IMG/VR virus record: IMGVR_UViG_2537562173_000010
Source of the DNA: a virus
Lineage: Duplodnaviria > Heunggongvirae > Uroviricota > Caudoviricetes
Reading direction: 5' to 3' (one strand)
Length of the DNA stretch: 36,398 bases
Both the position numbers and the translations under genes were made by a program. Each line of letters begins with the position of its first letter. Position 1 is the stretch's first letter. Below are positions 1-8,736 of this stretch, piece after piece. The notes under the pieces are model-generated. The model saw only the letters and a program-made list of their open reading frames with translations, did not search any database and was not told where the DNA came from.

Positions 1-1215
1 TTATTTTTCAACCTCTGACAGGGGTAAGTAATGAGATGTCTGTAATGTCAAACTCTCTATCTCAAAGGAAATGTTGCTGATATTTTGACCTGCAAATTGC
101 GGATGCCACTCAGCGCCAGGGAATAACATTTCCGCAGAAGTAGCAACTATAGGGTCAATAGCATTAAGATAATGTAACTTATCAGGTGCGCTGTGTAACA
201 GTAACCACTGCAACTCCACTGAAGGATTTGTAAAATGTTCTAATAAATGAAAGTTATTATGTAGTACGCTTAGTAAAAAACTGGTTTCGTATACTTCCGT
301 TACATATTTCCACCCCTGATATTCAGGTGTATTTTCATAAACAATACCCATACCTTCACAATCACTATGTCGAACTGCTTGTGGTGATAATAGTTGCAAA
401 AGAGACAAAACATCGTCCGCATATTTTTTAACTGGATGACGATTTTGCTTACCTTTTATTTGATCAATTTCAAGTGAATCACCAACAACATTGAGAGCAA
501 TAGTAACATGAGGAATATTATTATTATCACGCAAACTGAATAACCGTAATTTATGTTGCTCAATTTGATTTGCATAATACTCACCATAACCACCGGTAAG
601 ATTTTTTCGATCATCAAACTGGCCTACGCAATGTTGCATATGCCATGATTCATAAGCCATTTCACGACGAAGGTTCGAATGACTGGCATCAAACTCAACA
701 ATTTTTCCGTCTGGCACATCAAGTATTGACTTTACAGTATTTTGTTCACTCGGCTGCCACCCTTTCTCGCGTCGTTGAAGCATCTTTTCATGCTCTTCTT
801 CACGCATTCTGAACGCAACGTAGCAGGTTATGCGCTGTAGTTTTGATTCCAGACGGGTACCACATTTCCTGGAAAGAAATTCCACCAACTCCCGTTCTTT
901 GGTTAATATTTGTTGATGATCGGTTTCGATATAATAAAGTGTCGCAGTTGATACTGAGGCAGTATTAAACTTCGATACCAGCCATTCCGGGATTACATCA
1001 TCATTTTTATTAAACAGTGAATATTCTGCAAGCGAGTTAATTTGTTGCACCATTGGAAAGTCACTAATTAGCCATCGATAAAAATGGTTGAGTAACCATT
1101 TTTGGATGGTCTCATTATCCTGGCGAAACAGACTTCTTTGCAAAATTGCTGTTTTTACTTCCGGGGCATTAATTACATCCCTTGCATTATAATTCTGGTG
1201 AATATTTCCAGTCAT
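1..1215 (-). CDS. hypothetical protein (404 aa), AT-rich, outside the prophage
   Basis: Complete minus-strand ORF (ATG 1213-1215, stop 1-3). Visibly AT-rich, unlike the adjacent yegQ. No motif I can assign with confidence. Confidence 0.6.
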   Translation of the reverse strand: MTGNIHQNYNARDVINAPEVKTAILQRSLFRQDNETIQKWLLNHFYRWLISDFPMVQQINSLAEYSLFNKNDDVIPEWLVSKFNTASVSTATLYYIETDHQQILTKERELVEFLSRKCGTRLESKLQRITCYVAFRMREEEHEKMLQRREKGWQPSEQNTVKSILDVPDGKIVEFDASHSNLRREMAYESWHMQHCVGQFDDRKNLTGGYGEYYANQIEQHKLRLFSLRDNNNIPHVTIALNVVGDSLEIDQIKGKQNRHPVKKYADDVLSLLQLLSPQAVRHSDCEGMGIVYENTPEYQGWKYVTEVYETSFLLSVLHNNFHLLEHFTNPSVELQWLLLHSAPDKLHYLNAIDPIVATSAEMLFPGAEWHPQFAGQNISNISFEIESLTLQTSHYLPLSEVEK

Positions 1216-1702
1216 AACATCCGCCCGTGTTTATTATATCACTCAAAGCAATAATTGTTGACTATAGATTTTTTATCTAAATCAGCATGGTTGCAGGTAC
1301 ATACTCAAGTAAGCCACTCAAGAAAATAACGTAAACTCAATAGTGGCAGCGTCACAAACTTTGGAAATTATGTCTTATATTTGCAGTTTATTTTAGTGAA
1401 TAATTGAGATAAATGACATTATTTTACATCCTCAATAATTCAGGCTGTAAGAGGACGGCAAATACATTCATAATTATCAGGGGATGAACATTCAGGAAAG
1501 TAGTCAGTATCGTCAACTTTTTCTTTTATCACTACATGAAGATTTCGTGTAGATACTCCCATCTCTGCCACTTCTCCCCTCACATTTACACTGGAGCTAA
1601 ACCCGCCGATTGCGCTACAATGCCCGCCCTTAAAGTGGGGGCACTCCCCTAACCGCTTCATCAGGTGAAGCGGCTCTGACCTGTCATCAGAACGAGAGAA
1701 TT

Positions 1703-3064
1703 ATGTTTAAACCGGAACTCCTTTCCCCGGCGGGAACGCTGAAAAATATGCGTTACGCTTTCGCTTATGGCGCAGATGCTGTTTATGCGGGCCAGCCGCG
1801 TTACTCCCTGCGTGTACGCAACAACGAATTCAACCACGAAAATCTTCAGCTCGGCATCAATGAAGCCCACGCGCTGGGGAAAAAGTTTTATGTCGTGGTC
1901 AACATTGCACCGCACAACGCCAAGCTGAAAACCTTTATCCGTGACCTGAAACCGGTGGTGGAAATGGGGCCGGATGCGCTGATTATGTCCGATCCAGGGC
2001 TGATTATGCTGGTGCGTGAACACTTCCCGGAAATGCCAATCCACCTCTCGGTACAGGCTAACGCCGTAAACTGGGCGACGGTGAAATTCTGGCAGCAAAT
2101 GGGTCTGACCCGCGTGATCCTCTCTCGCGAACTGTCACTGGAAGAGATTGAAGAGATCCGCAATCAGGTGCCGGATATGGAGATCGAAATCTTCGTTCAC
2201 GGCGCGCTGTGCATGGCCTACTCCGGTCGCTGCCTGCTCTCTGGCTATATCAACAAGCGCGACCCGAACCAGGGCACCTGCACCAACGCCTGCCGCTGGG
2301 AGTACAATGTCCAGGAAGGGAAAGAAGATGACGTCGGCAACATCGTACACAAGTACGAGCCGATTCCGGTGCAAAATGTTGAGCCGACGCTGGGTATCGG
2401 CGCGCCAACCGACAAAGTGTTTATGATCGAAGAAGCCCAGCGTCCGGGCGAGTATATGACCGCGTTTGAAGATGAGCACGGCACTTACATCATGAACTCG
2501 AAAGATCTGCGCGCCATCGCCCATGTTGAACGCCTGACCAAAATGGGCGTGCATTCGCTGAAAATCGAAGGCCGTACCAAATCTTTCTACTATTGCGCAC
2601 GCACCGCGCAGGTTTACCGTAAAGCTATCGATGACGCCGCTGCGGGCAAACCGTTCGATACCAGCCTGCTGGAAACGCTGGAAGGTCTGGCGCATCGTGG
2701 CTATACCGAAGGTTTCCTGCGTCGTCATACCCACGACGATTATCAGAACTACGAATACGGTTATTCGGTTTCTGACCGCCAGCAGTTTGTTGGTGAGTTT
2801 ACCGGTGAGCGCAAGGGGGAGCTCGCGGCGGTAGCGGTGAAAAATAAATTCTCCGTTGGCGACAGCCTTGAGCTGATGACGCCGCAAGGCAACATTAACT
2901 TTACCCTTGAGCATATGGAAAACGCCAAAGGTGAAGCGATGCCGGTCGCACCAGGCGATGGTTATACTGTGTGGCTCCCGGTGCCGCAGGATCTTGAGCT
3001 AAATTACGCGCTGCTGATGCGTAATTTCTCCGGGGAAACCACGCGTAACCCCCACGGTAAGTGA
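1703..3064 (+). CDS. yegQ: peptidase U32-family protein YegQ (TrhP-type tRNA hydroxylation protein)
   Basis: 453-aa ORF whose translation I recognise as E. coli YegQ. ATG at 1703 preceded by a purine-rich RBS-like stretch. Confidence 0.85.
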   Translation: MFKPELLSPAGTLKNMRYAFAYGADAVYAGQPRYSLRVRNNEFNHENLQLGINEAHALGKKFYVVVNIAPHNAKLKTFIRDLKPVVEMGPDALIMSDPGLIMLVREHFPEMPIHLSVQANAVNWATVKFWQQMGLTRVILSRELSLEEIEEIRNQVPDMEIEIFVHGALCMAYSGRCLLSGYINKRDPNQGTCTNACRWEYNVQEGKEDDVGNIVHKYEPIPVQNVEPTLGIGAPTDKVFMIEEAQRPGEYMTAFEDEHGTYIMNSKDLRAIAHVERLTKMGVHSLKIEGRTKSFYYCARTAQVYRKAIDDAAAGKPFDTSLLETLEGLAHRGYTEGFLRRHTHDDYQNYEYGYSVSDRQQFVGEFTGERKGELAAVAVKNKFSVGDSLELMTPQGNINFTLEHMENAKGEAMPVAPGDGYTVWLPVPQDLELNYALLMRNFSGETTRNPHGK

Positions 3065-3148
3065 TTAATTTCGATTATTTTTCCCGGATGGAAAATTCTT
3101 AGAAACCGATCACATACAGCTGCATTTATTAAGGTTATCATCCGTTTC

Positions 3149-3235
3149 GCTGAAAAACATAACCCATAAAATGCTAGCTGTACCAGGAACCACCTCCTTA
3201 GCCTGTGTAATCTCCCTTACGCAGGCTTATTTTTT
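3149..3235 (+). ncRNA. cyaR: CyaR (RyeE) Hfq-dependent small RNA
   Basis: Sequence GCTGAAAAACATAACCCATAAAATGCTAGCTGTACCAGGAACCACCTCCTTAGCCTGTGTAATCTCCCTTAC...GGCTTATTTTTT matches my recollection of E. coli cyaR. It ends in a hairpin (GCCTGTGTAA / TTACGCAGGC) followed by a T-run, and its 3' end overlaps attL. Confidence 0.8.
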
Positions 3236-3236
3236 A
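3209..3236. repeat. attL core (28-bp direct repeat, left prophage boundary)
   Basis: AATCTCCCTTACGCAGGCTTATTTTTTA at 3209-3236 recurs as AATCTCCCTTACACGGGCTTATTTTTTA at 35726-35753 (26/28 identical). The right copy matches the P2 attP core as I remember it. Confidence 0.75.
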
Positions 3237-3296
3237 CGCGTAACACAATGAAATAAAAGGATTTATTTCTGGTCACGTCCACACATTGACCACATC

Positions 3297-3324
3297 GACA
3301 AAAAAGCCCCTCGACTGAGGGGCT
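3297..3324 (-). terminator. rho-independent terminator downstream of ogr
   Basis: 8-bp perfect stem AGCCCCTC / GAGGGGCT (3305-3312 / 3317-3324) followed on the minus strand by a T-run (A-run 3299-3305 on plus). Confidence 0.6.
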
Positions 3325-3336
3325 TCCTGTTTGTAA

Positions 3337-3555
3337 TTACATCCACATAATTTGCTGCCCTGACGGCAACGGGTGCGGTCTTACGGCGTGGACTTCTCCC
3401 GGCTTCACGATGTATCGCTGTACCGACTCATAAGTGATGAATGTGGCGCTGCAATTCACGTTCTGACACTGGTGATAACGCTCTTTTGTCGTGTCAGTGA
3501 TATAGCGGCTTGTACGCGCATGTGCGGCATGCTGGCATAAAGGACAATGAAACAT
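3337..3555 (-). CDS. ogr: late transcription activator Ogr (zinc-finger)
   Basis: 72 aa from the internal Met (MFHCPLCQHAAHARTSRYITDTTKERYHQCQNVNCSATF...), with the Cys4 zinc-finger pattern and P2 Ogr length. The longer 93-aa ORF-track start is rejected. Confidence 0.9.
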   Translation of the reverse strand: MFHCPLCQHAAHARTSRYITDTTKERYHQCQNVNCSATFITYESVQRYIVKPGEVHAVRPHPLPSGQQIMWM

Positions 3556-3636
3556 CGCGAGCACCTCTTCCGGTTTTGTTGATGGTGCTATTTTAGTTAA
3601 TTTATCCTTATAAAACAAATAGATAAAATAAAAACA

Positions 3637-4800
3637 TCACTCATCATCTTCTGTTTCGTACTCCACATCAGAAAGCCTGACCTCAAGCTCCAAGGACGTC
3701 GTGAAGCCGCTATTATTCAGAAAATGTGTCACCTTAGTGATTGTCCAGTCCTGCTCGTCTATGACGCGCTTAAAGCCTGACACTTTAACCGGTGTTTCCG
3801 TGTAAATATCTGCCCGACCGGTAGCCAGGCTGATGGAGAACTCCGCAACGCCCCGTTGCAGCTTATCCCACTTCGCCTGAGCGGCGCGCATGGCCTGCGC
3901 TTTCGTGGCATATACCGCGGTCAGGGCAAAAACATTGTCAGCCTCACCTGCCATGTATTCACCTTCGCGCGCTTCCGGTACTTTTGGCGCTTTCTTCTGC
4001 GTGACTGGTTTCGCTTTCGGGTGCTCCAGTGCGCGCAGGTGTTTCTCTTTCTTTTTGCGTTTCAGTTTTACCTTCTGCTTTTGTGGCTTCGGGTCTTTGG
4101 TGTGTAACCACTTTGCCGTTACGCCGGTATAGGCTCCACGGTCAGCAATCGCAAAATGATGGCGGTCGCCGTCGCTGCGGGTGATGGTAATCTGCGGGAT
4201 TTTTTTACCGCTGGCCGTCACCCCCTGCCCCGCCTTGAGAAACAACAGTTTTCCCATTTTTACCGACACCTCACCGCCGTTGCGTTCAGCAAGGCGGGTC
4301 AGGAATTTTGCATCAGACTCCTGCGACTGGTCGATGTGCGGGATTTTAATTCCGGCCAGTGACGGAGCGACACTGGCTTCCAGCCTGTTACGGGAGGCTA
4401 TCGCTTCAACAATCGCACCGAGCGTGGTGTCATGCCAGGAGCCTTCACGGCGGGAATTGAGCGTCCCGCGAAAATCTGCACTCCGGGCGCGGATGGTGAC
4501 CACATCCGGTGCGCCCCGGTGTTCAACCTCATCAACGGTAAATTTCCCTTTGCATACCAGGGCAAAACCTTTCCAGCCGATATACACCGTCAGGACAGCG
4601 CCACGAACCGGCAGCCCGACCTGCCCGTCGGCATCGTTCAGTTCAATATCAAGCTGGTCAGCCTCAAAGCCCCGGTTATCCGTCAGGGTCATGCTCATCA
4701 GACGGTCGCTGATATTGCCGGTAATATCCCTGTTGTCGAGCATCAGCATGTAATCCGGCGTCAGCGTACTGCCTGCATCAAATGTCAGTGCATCCAGCAT
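3637..4800 (-). CDS. D: tail protein D
   Basis: 387 aa, the P2 gpD length, in the D position next to ogr. Confidence 0.85.
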   Translation of the reverse strand: MLDALTFDAGSTLTPDYMLMLDNRDITGNISDRLMSMTLTDNRGFEADQLDIELNDADGQVGLPVRGAVLTVYIGWKGFALVCKGKFTVDEVEHRGAPDVVTIRARSADFRGTLNSRREGSWHDTTLGAIVEAIASRNRLEASVAPSLAGIKIPHIDQSQESDAKFLTRLAERNGGEVSVKMGKLLFLKAGQGVTASGKKIPQITITRSDGDRHHFAIADRGAYTGVTAKWLHTKDPKPQKQKVKLKRKKKEKHLRALEHPKAKPVTQKKAPKVPEAREGEYMAGEADNVFALTAVYATKAQAMRAAQAKWDKLQRGVAEFSISLATGRADIYTETPVKVSGFKRVIDEQDWTITKVTHFLNNSGFTTSLELEVRLSDVEYETEDDE

Positions 4801-5279
4801 TATCCCGCCCCCGTCATATCCGTGAATTTAGTCGCCATACTGCCAGCCTTACCGATGAGCGATTCTGCCTGTTTACCGATATCGCCATAAAGCGCGGCCA
4901 GTGATTCATCAACGCGGGTGAGCGACAGCGTAAAATCAATTTTCCGGGGTGTGCCGTCTGCAAAGAAAATACTCCCTGTTTCACTCACCCTGCTGATGAC
5001 ATACATGCCGTAAATCATGCCGGTGCCATCCAGCAACGGCCACGCCCGGCCTTCCTCAGCCATCAGCCTGAGCGTGGTCATCGTCAGCTTGCCGCCGGTC
5101 AGTTCGGGATAAAGCACACCGGCAAGCGTGATATTTTCCTCGCCAACACCGAGAAACTGAAAGGCATCCCGTTTGCCGATACGGGAATTTGACGCCCAGC
5201 GATAATCTGATTCACGCTGCATGGTCTGGTGTGGCAGCGTCTGGCGCATAAAAACAAACATACCTAACGCGAGCATCAT
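4800..5279 (-). CDS. U: tail protein U
   Basis: 159 aa, the P2 gpU length and position. Confidence 0.85.
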   Translation of the reverse strand: MMLALGMFVFMRQTLPHQTMQRESDYRWASNSRIGKRDAFQFLGVGEENITLAGVLYPELTGGKLTMTTLRLMAEEGRAWPLLDGTGMIYGMYVISRVSETGSIFFADGTPRKIDFTLSLTRVDESLAALYGDIGKQAESLIGKAGSMATKFTDMTGAG

Positions 5280-5293
5280 TTTTCGTCACCTCC

Positions 5294-7741
5294 TTAACCG
5301 TCATGCATCATGCTGGCACGGGCGCGCGCACGTTTATCCCGCTCGTATTTTTCGAGCGCATCCTGTAACTGGCGGTCAAGCTGTGTCCCCGGCGCAGTAC
5401 CACCCGTCAGGCTGATGTGATATTCGTTTTTACTCTGGTCCACATAAGAGCGGCCAGCCGGTGCCGTGACCGGCTGATAAGCCTGATAGCCTGCATAAGA
5501 GCTGGTCGCCGGAATATAACCACCGGTGCCATACGTGGCGGCATGAGTTCTGGCGGCGGTCTGGTCAAGTGTGTCTGACTCTTTGTTGATAACACCGAGT
5601 TTTTCCAGTACCCAGTCAATACCGCTGCGCAGTTTGTTGAACGCATTAAGCGGCAGCATCAGCGCGTCAGCCAGTGCCTGCCCGAACATGACGCCCGTGT
5701 CACGGCAACGGTTCAGGGTGTCCCGGGTGGCTTTAACCGGAGCAATCAGGTTTGTAAACCACTGCCACGCGGCCTGTAACTTTTCGCCCAGCCAGTCAAA
5801 CACCGGCTTAAGTGGCGTGAACAGCTCCCCCACCGGCGCAAATGCCGCTTTCAGCCCTTCAACCACACCGCCAAAGAATGCGCTGACAGGCTCCCAGTAT
5901 TTACGGATAAGCAACGCCCCGGCGACAATGGCAGCCACCACGGCCACAACCGGCCAGCTAATCGCCCCGATGGCCGTCATAACAGCACTGCCAACCGTCG
6001 TGAAGATTGCCCCCATTGCGCCTGCTGCCGCGATAATAGCATTGATGCCGGTGATAACCGGCCAGGCTACGAGGCCAATGGCACCAATGATGCCAGTCAG
6101 CGCCAGTGCACCACCGGCAATTAGGCCAATGGTTAACGCCAGTGATTTGTTTTTCTGGATCCAGCCGTCGAGTTTTAACACATACTTTGTGGCCGTCTGC
6201 GTGAGCTTACGCAGTGCGCCTTCCTGCTGGTCAAACAGGTCAGTCCCCACCGCCTCATAAGCGGACTGAAACTCCTTAAAGTCACCGCCGAGGTTGTCCT
6301 GCATGATATTTACCAGTTCTGCGGTCTTTCCGTCTGAGGCTTTAAACGCAGCGGTCAGTTTGTCCAGCTTTCCGGTTGAGGCGGCAGTCATCAGCACGGC
6401 GGCGGCTGAACTGGCCTCCTCCCCGAAAATGGTTTTCATGTATTCAGCCTGCTGGGCAGTACCGAGCCGGTTTTTCTCAAAACTGGCCTGCATTTCTTTC
6501 AGAATGGTAAATACTGGTCGGGTGTTTCCCTTACTGTCTGAGGTTTTCACACCAAGCTCTTTGAGTGCATCCCATGCTTTTCCCGTCGGTGCCTGCAGGC
6601 GGCTTAACACGGCACGGCTTCCCGTTCCCGCCATTGAACCGGTAATTTTTGCATCATGCAGCGCCCCGACCATTGCGGCTGTTTCTTCAATGCTGACACC
6701 GGCATTTTTTGCCACAGGTGCGGCATAGGTCAGCGCATCGCTCATACCGTCAAAATCGGCGGCGGTTTTGTTCATCGTCATGGAGAGAACATCCCCGATA
6801 TGAGCGACCTTATCGTTTGAAAGCTGAAAGGCGGATTTCATCCCCATCAGCAGGGCGGCGTTTTCTTCCATCGTGCGGCGGTTCGCCAGCGCCATATTCA
6901 GCGTGACCGGCGTTGCCGCCTGAATGGCATCAACATCCCCACCGGCTTTCGCAATGATAATCTGCGCACCGGCAGCATCATCCGCCGAGGCGGCTGTGTT
7001 GTCGCCGAGCTGGCGCGCCTGTTTGCGTAGCGCGGCCATTTCGGCAGAATCTTTTGCCACACCGAGCACGGCCTGTAATTCTGAGTTTTTCTGCGCAAAC
7101 TCATAACCGGGCATCAGCAGCTTAACACCGGCCATCGTTCCCGCCGCCGCAATCCCCACACCGGCAGCGCCCACTGAGGCCATATTTCCGGCCAGTTCCT
7201 TTCCGGCCTGATAACGCTGTTTGACTGCGTTAAGTTTTGCCTGTTGCGCACTGACACGCGCCAGCGCGTCACGCTGCCGGTTAAGCTGGGCGGTGGTTTC
7301 ACTGATACGGTTTTTCAGTCCCTGCTCATCATGTGCAAGATTGCGGGTATTAATTCCCACAGCGGCCAGTTCCCGCTGCTGGCGTTTAACGGAATCTGTC
7401 AGGCGGTTATATTTCGCCTGTAAGTCCTCCGCCGCACGCTTTGCGGATTCCAGCACTTTCGCCTGAGCACGGGTCGGGCGTTCGGTGTTTTTAAACTGTG
7501 TGGCAAGGGCTTCGGCCTGCTGCCGTGCCTTTTCAAGTGCATGACCAGTCACGGCGAGCTGTGCACTGGTCTTGCGGAATCCCTCAATACGGGATGCGTG
7601 ACCGTTCAGCTCGCGCAGTGATTTTTGTGTTTCCCGGATATCCCCCGACAGCAACTTACTCGCTGTGCGGATGGATTTAAACGGGCGGGACGCCTGGTCA
7701 ACAGCCCTGAGCAATACCTGTAATTTTACATTGTTACTCAT
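5294..7741 (-). CDS. T: tail tape-measure protein T
   Basis: 815 aa, Ala/Gly-rich with long coiled-coil and hydrophobic segments; P2 gpT length and position. Confidence 0.9.
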   Translation of the reverse strand: MSNNVKLQVLLRAVDQASRPFKSIRTASKLLSGDIRETQKSLRELNGHASRIEGFRKTSAQLAVTGHALEKARQQAEALATQFKNTERPTRAQAKVLESAKRAAEDLQAKYNRLTDSVKRQQRELAAVGINTRNLAHDEQGLKNRISETTAQLNRQRDALARVSAQQAKLNAVKQRYQAGKELAGNMASVGAAGVGIAAAGTMAGVKLLMPGYEFAQKNSELQAVLGVAKDSAEMAALRKQARQLGDNTAASADDAAGAQIIIAKAGGDVDAIQAATPVTLNMALANRRTMEENAALLMGMKSAFQLSNDKVAHIGDVLSMTMNKTAADFDGMSDALTYAAPVAKNAGVSIEETAAMVGALHDAKITGSMAGTGSRAVLSRLQAPTGKAWDALKELGVKTSDSKGNTRPVFTILKEMQASFEKNRLGTAQQAEYMKTIFGEEASSAAAVLMTAASTGKLDKLTAAFKASDGKTAELVNIMQDNLGGDFKEFQSAYEAVGTDLFDQQEGALRKLTQTATKYVLKLDGWIQKNKSLALTIGLIAGGALALTGIIGAIGLVAWPVITGINAIIAAAGAMGAIFTTVGSAVMTAIGAISWPVVAVVAAIVAGALLIRKYWEPVSAFFGGVVEGLKAAFAPVGELFTPLKPVFDWLGEKLQAAWQWFTNLIAPVKATRDTLNRCRDTGVMFGQALADALMLPLNAFNKLRSGIDWVLEKLGVINKESDTLDQTAARTHAATYGTGGYIPATSSYAGYQAYQPVTAPAGRSYVDQSKNEYHISLTGGTAPGTQLDRQLQDALEKYERDKRARARASMMHDG

Positions 7742-8161
7742 TCGTGTTTCCGCTTCGCCTGAGCGCCTTTTCGCGCCATGTGATGAGTTCGGTCAGGCTC
7801 ATGGGATACAGTTCTGATGGCGGCCAGTGAAATATCACTGCCACATCCGCCATCAGGTCATCGACCGACAGATTTTTCGGAAGCGTCACTGCACCGAGTT
7901 CGGCGACAAAAAACCGACCACCTTACCGGCCAGCGCCACAAGGTCAGGCAGTTCCAGCGCGGCGACTTCCTGCTCGGTCAGCATCGGTGCCGTCATGCGC
8001 GGCAGCACCTTAATCAGTGCATCGACTTCGGAGTTCGCGACCGCAGCCAGACTGACACCGCGCAGCGTCCCGGCATTAGGTTTCATCAGCGTGACCTGTT
8101 CGATAACCTGCTCACCACGCTTGACCGGATTGTCCAGGGTAATCACATTTTCTTTGTTCAT
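7734..8161 (-). CDS. tail assembly chaperone E' (E+E' product of a programmed -1 frameshift)
   Basis: Slippery heptamer T-TTT-TTG (minus strand; plus coordinates 7907-7913) inside codons GGT-TTT-TTG of E. The -1 frame stays open to a TAA at 7734-7736, overlapping the T start. Confidence 0.7.
7886..8161 (-). CDS. E: tail assembly chaperone E
   Basis: 91 aa, the P2 gpE length. The ORF ends ...GKVVGFLSPNSVQ and contains the slippery run. Confidence 0.85.
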   Translation of the reverse strand: MNKENVITLDNPVKRGEQVIEQVTLMKPNAGTLRGVSLAAVANSEVDALIKVLPRMTAPMLTEQEVAALELPDLVALAGKVVGFLSPNSVQ

Positions 8162-8217
8162 GGTTTTCTCACTTCTGAATCGGGGTTAACCGGTCAGCCA
8201 GGCTGACCGGATGAAAA

Positions 8218-8736
8218 TCACAGGCCGATATTGCGGCGGTGTTGCTCCAGCCGGTCGACGCCGTTCACCTTCTCAATCATGTTGATGGTGTCGATTTCGA
8301 CCAGCTCCTTACCGTCCATCGTCAGCCGGAAATAGGTGCAGACCACGGAGATTTTCGACTCGGTGTCTTCTCCCTGTTTGCCCTCGCCGGTGTCGATTTC
8401 TTTCTGACGTCCACGCATGACCACCTCGACGGCCACCGTTTCGCCGGTATCGTCGCGCTGGTAAGAGCCTGCAAAACGAATCGGTACGGAATCCACACCG
8501 GTTGCGGCGTAAAGCTCCCAGATAACCGAATCCGGGAAGCCACCGAGCGACCACTCCATTGACAGCGCATCGTCATCAAGGCCGAGGTCTACCGGTGCGC
8601 TGCCGTTCATCCCCGCACCGCGATAGTTTTCGAGCTTACGGGTCAGTTTTGGTAGCGTGACGGACTTCGCGACGCCCTGATAGCTGTAGCCGTTCAGAAA
8701 GACGTTCATTAACTTGAGTTTGCGCGGCATTGCCAT
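8218..8736 (-). CDS. FII: tail tube protein FII
   Basis: 172 aa (MAMPRKLKLMNVFLNGYSYQG...), the P2 gpFII length. Confidence 0.9.
   Translation of the reverse strand: MAMPRKLKLMNVFLNGYSYQGVAKSVTLPKLTRKLENYRGAGMNGSAPVDLGLDDDALSMEWSLGGFPDSVIWELYAATGVDSVPIRFAGSYQRDDTGETVAVEVVMRGRQKEIDTGEGKQGEDTESKISVVCTYFRLTMDGKELVEIDTINMIEKVNGVDRLEQHRRNIGL

Noticed and set aside
1440-1661. 73-aa Cys-rich ORF on the minus strand upstream of yegQ
   Set aside because: No convincing RBS, it overlaps the hairpin at 1653-1673, and it lies in what looks like the yegQ upstream regulatory region. Most likely a chance ORF.
3337-3618. Longer ORF-track start sites for ogr (93 aa), also X (90 aa), L (189 aa), O (306 aa), the recombinase (228 aa), the membrane protein (GTG start) and P (TTG start)
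   Set aside because: Internal ATG starts give the canonical P2 lengths and N-termini and have better-placed ribosome-binding sites, so the upstream extensions are treated as non-coding.
5571-7466. Several 60-230-aa ORFs antisense to the tape-measure gene T
   Set aside because: Typical shadow ORFs opposite a long GC-rich gene; low-complexity Ala/Ser/Thr/Pro-rich translations and no independent translation signals.
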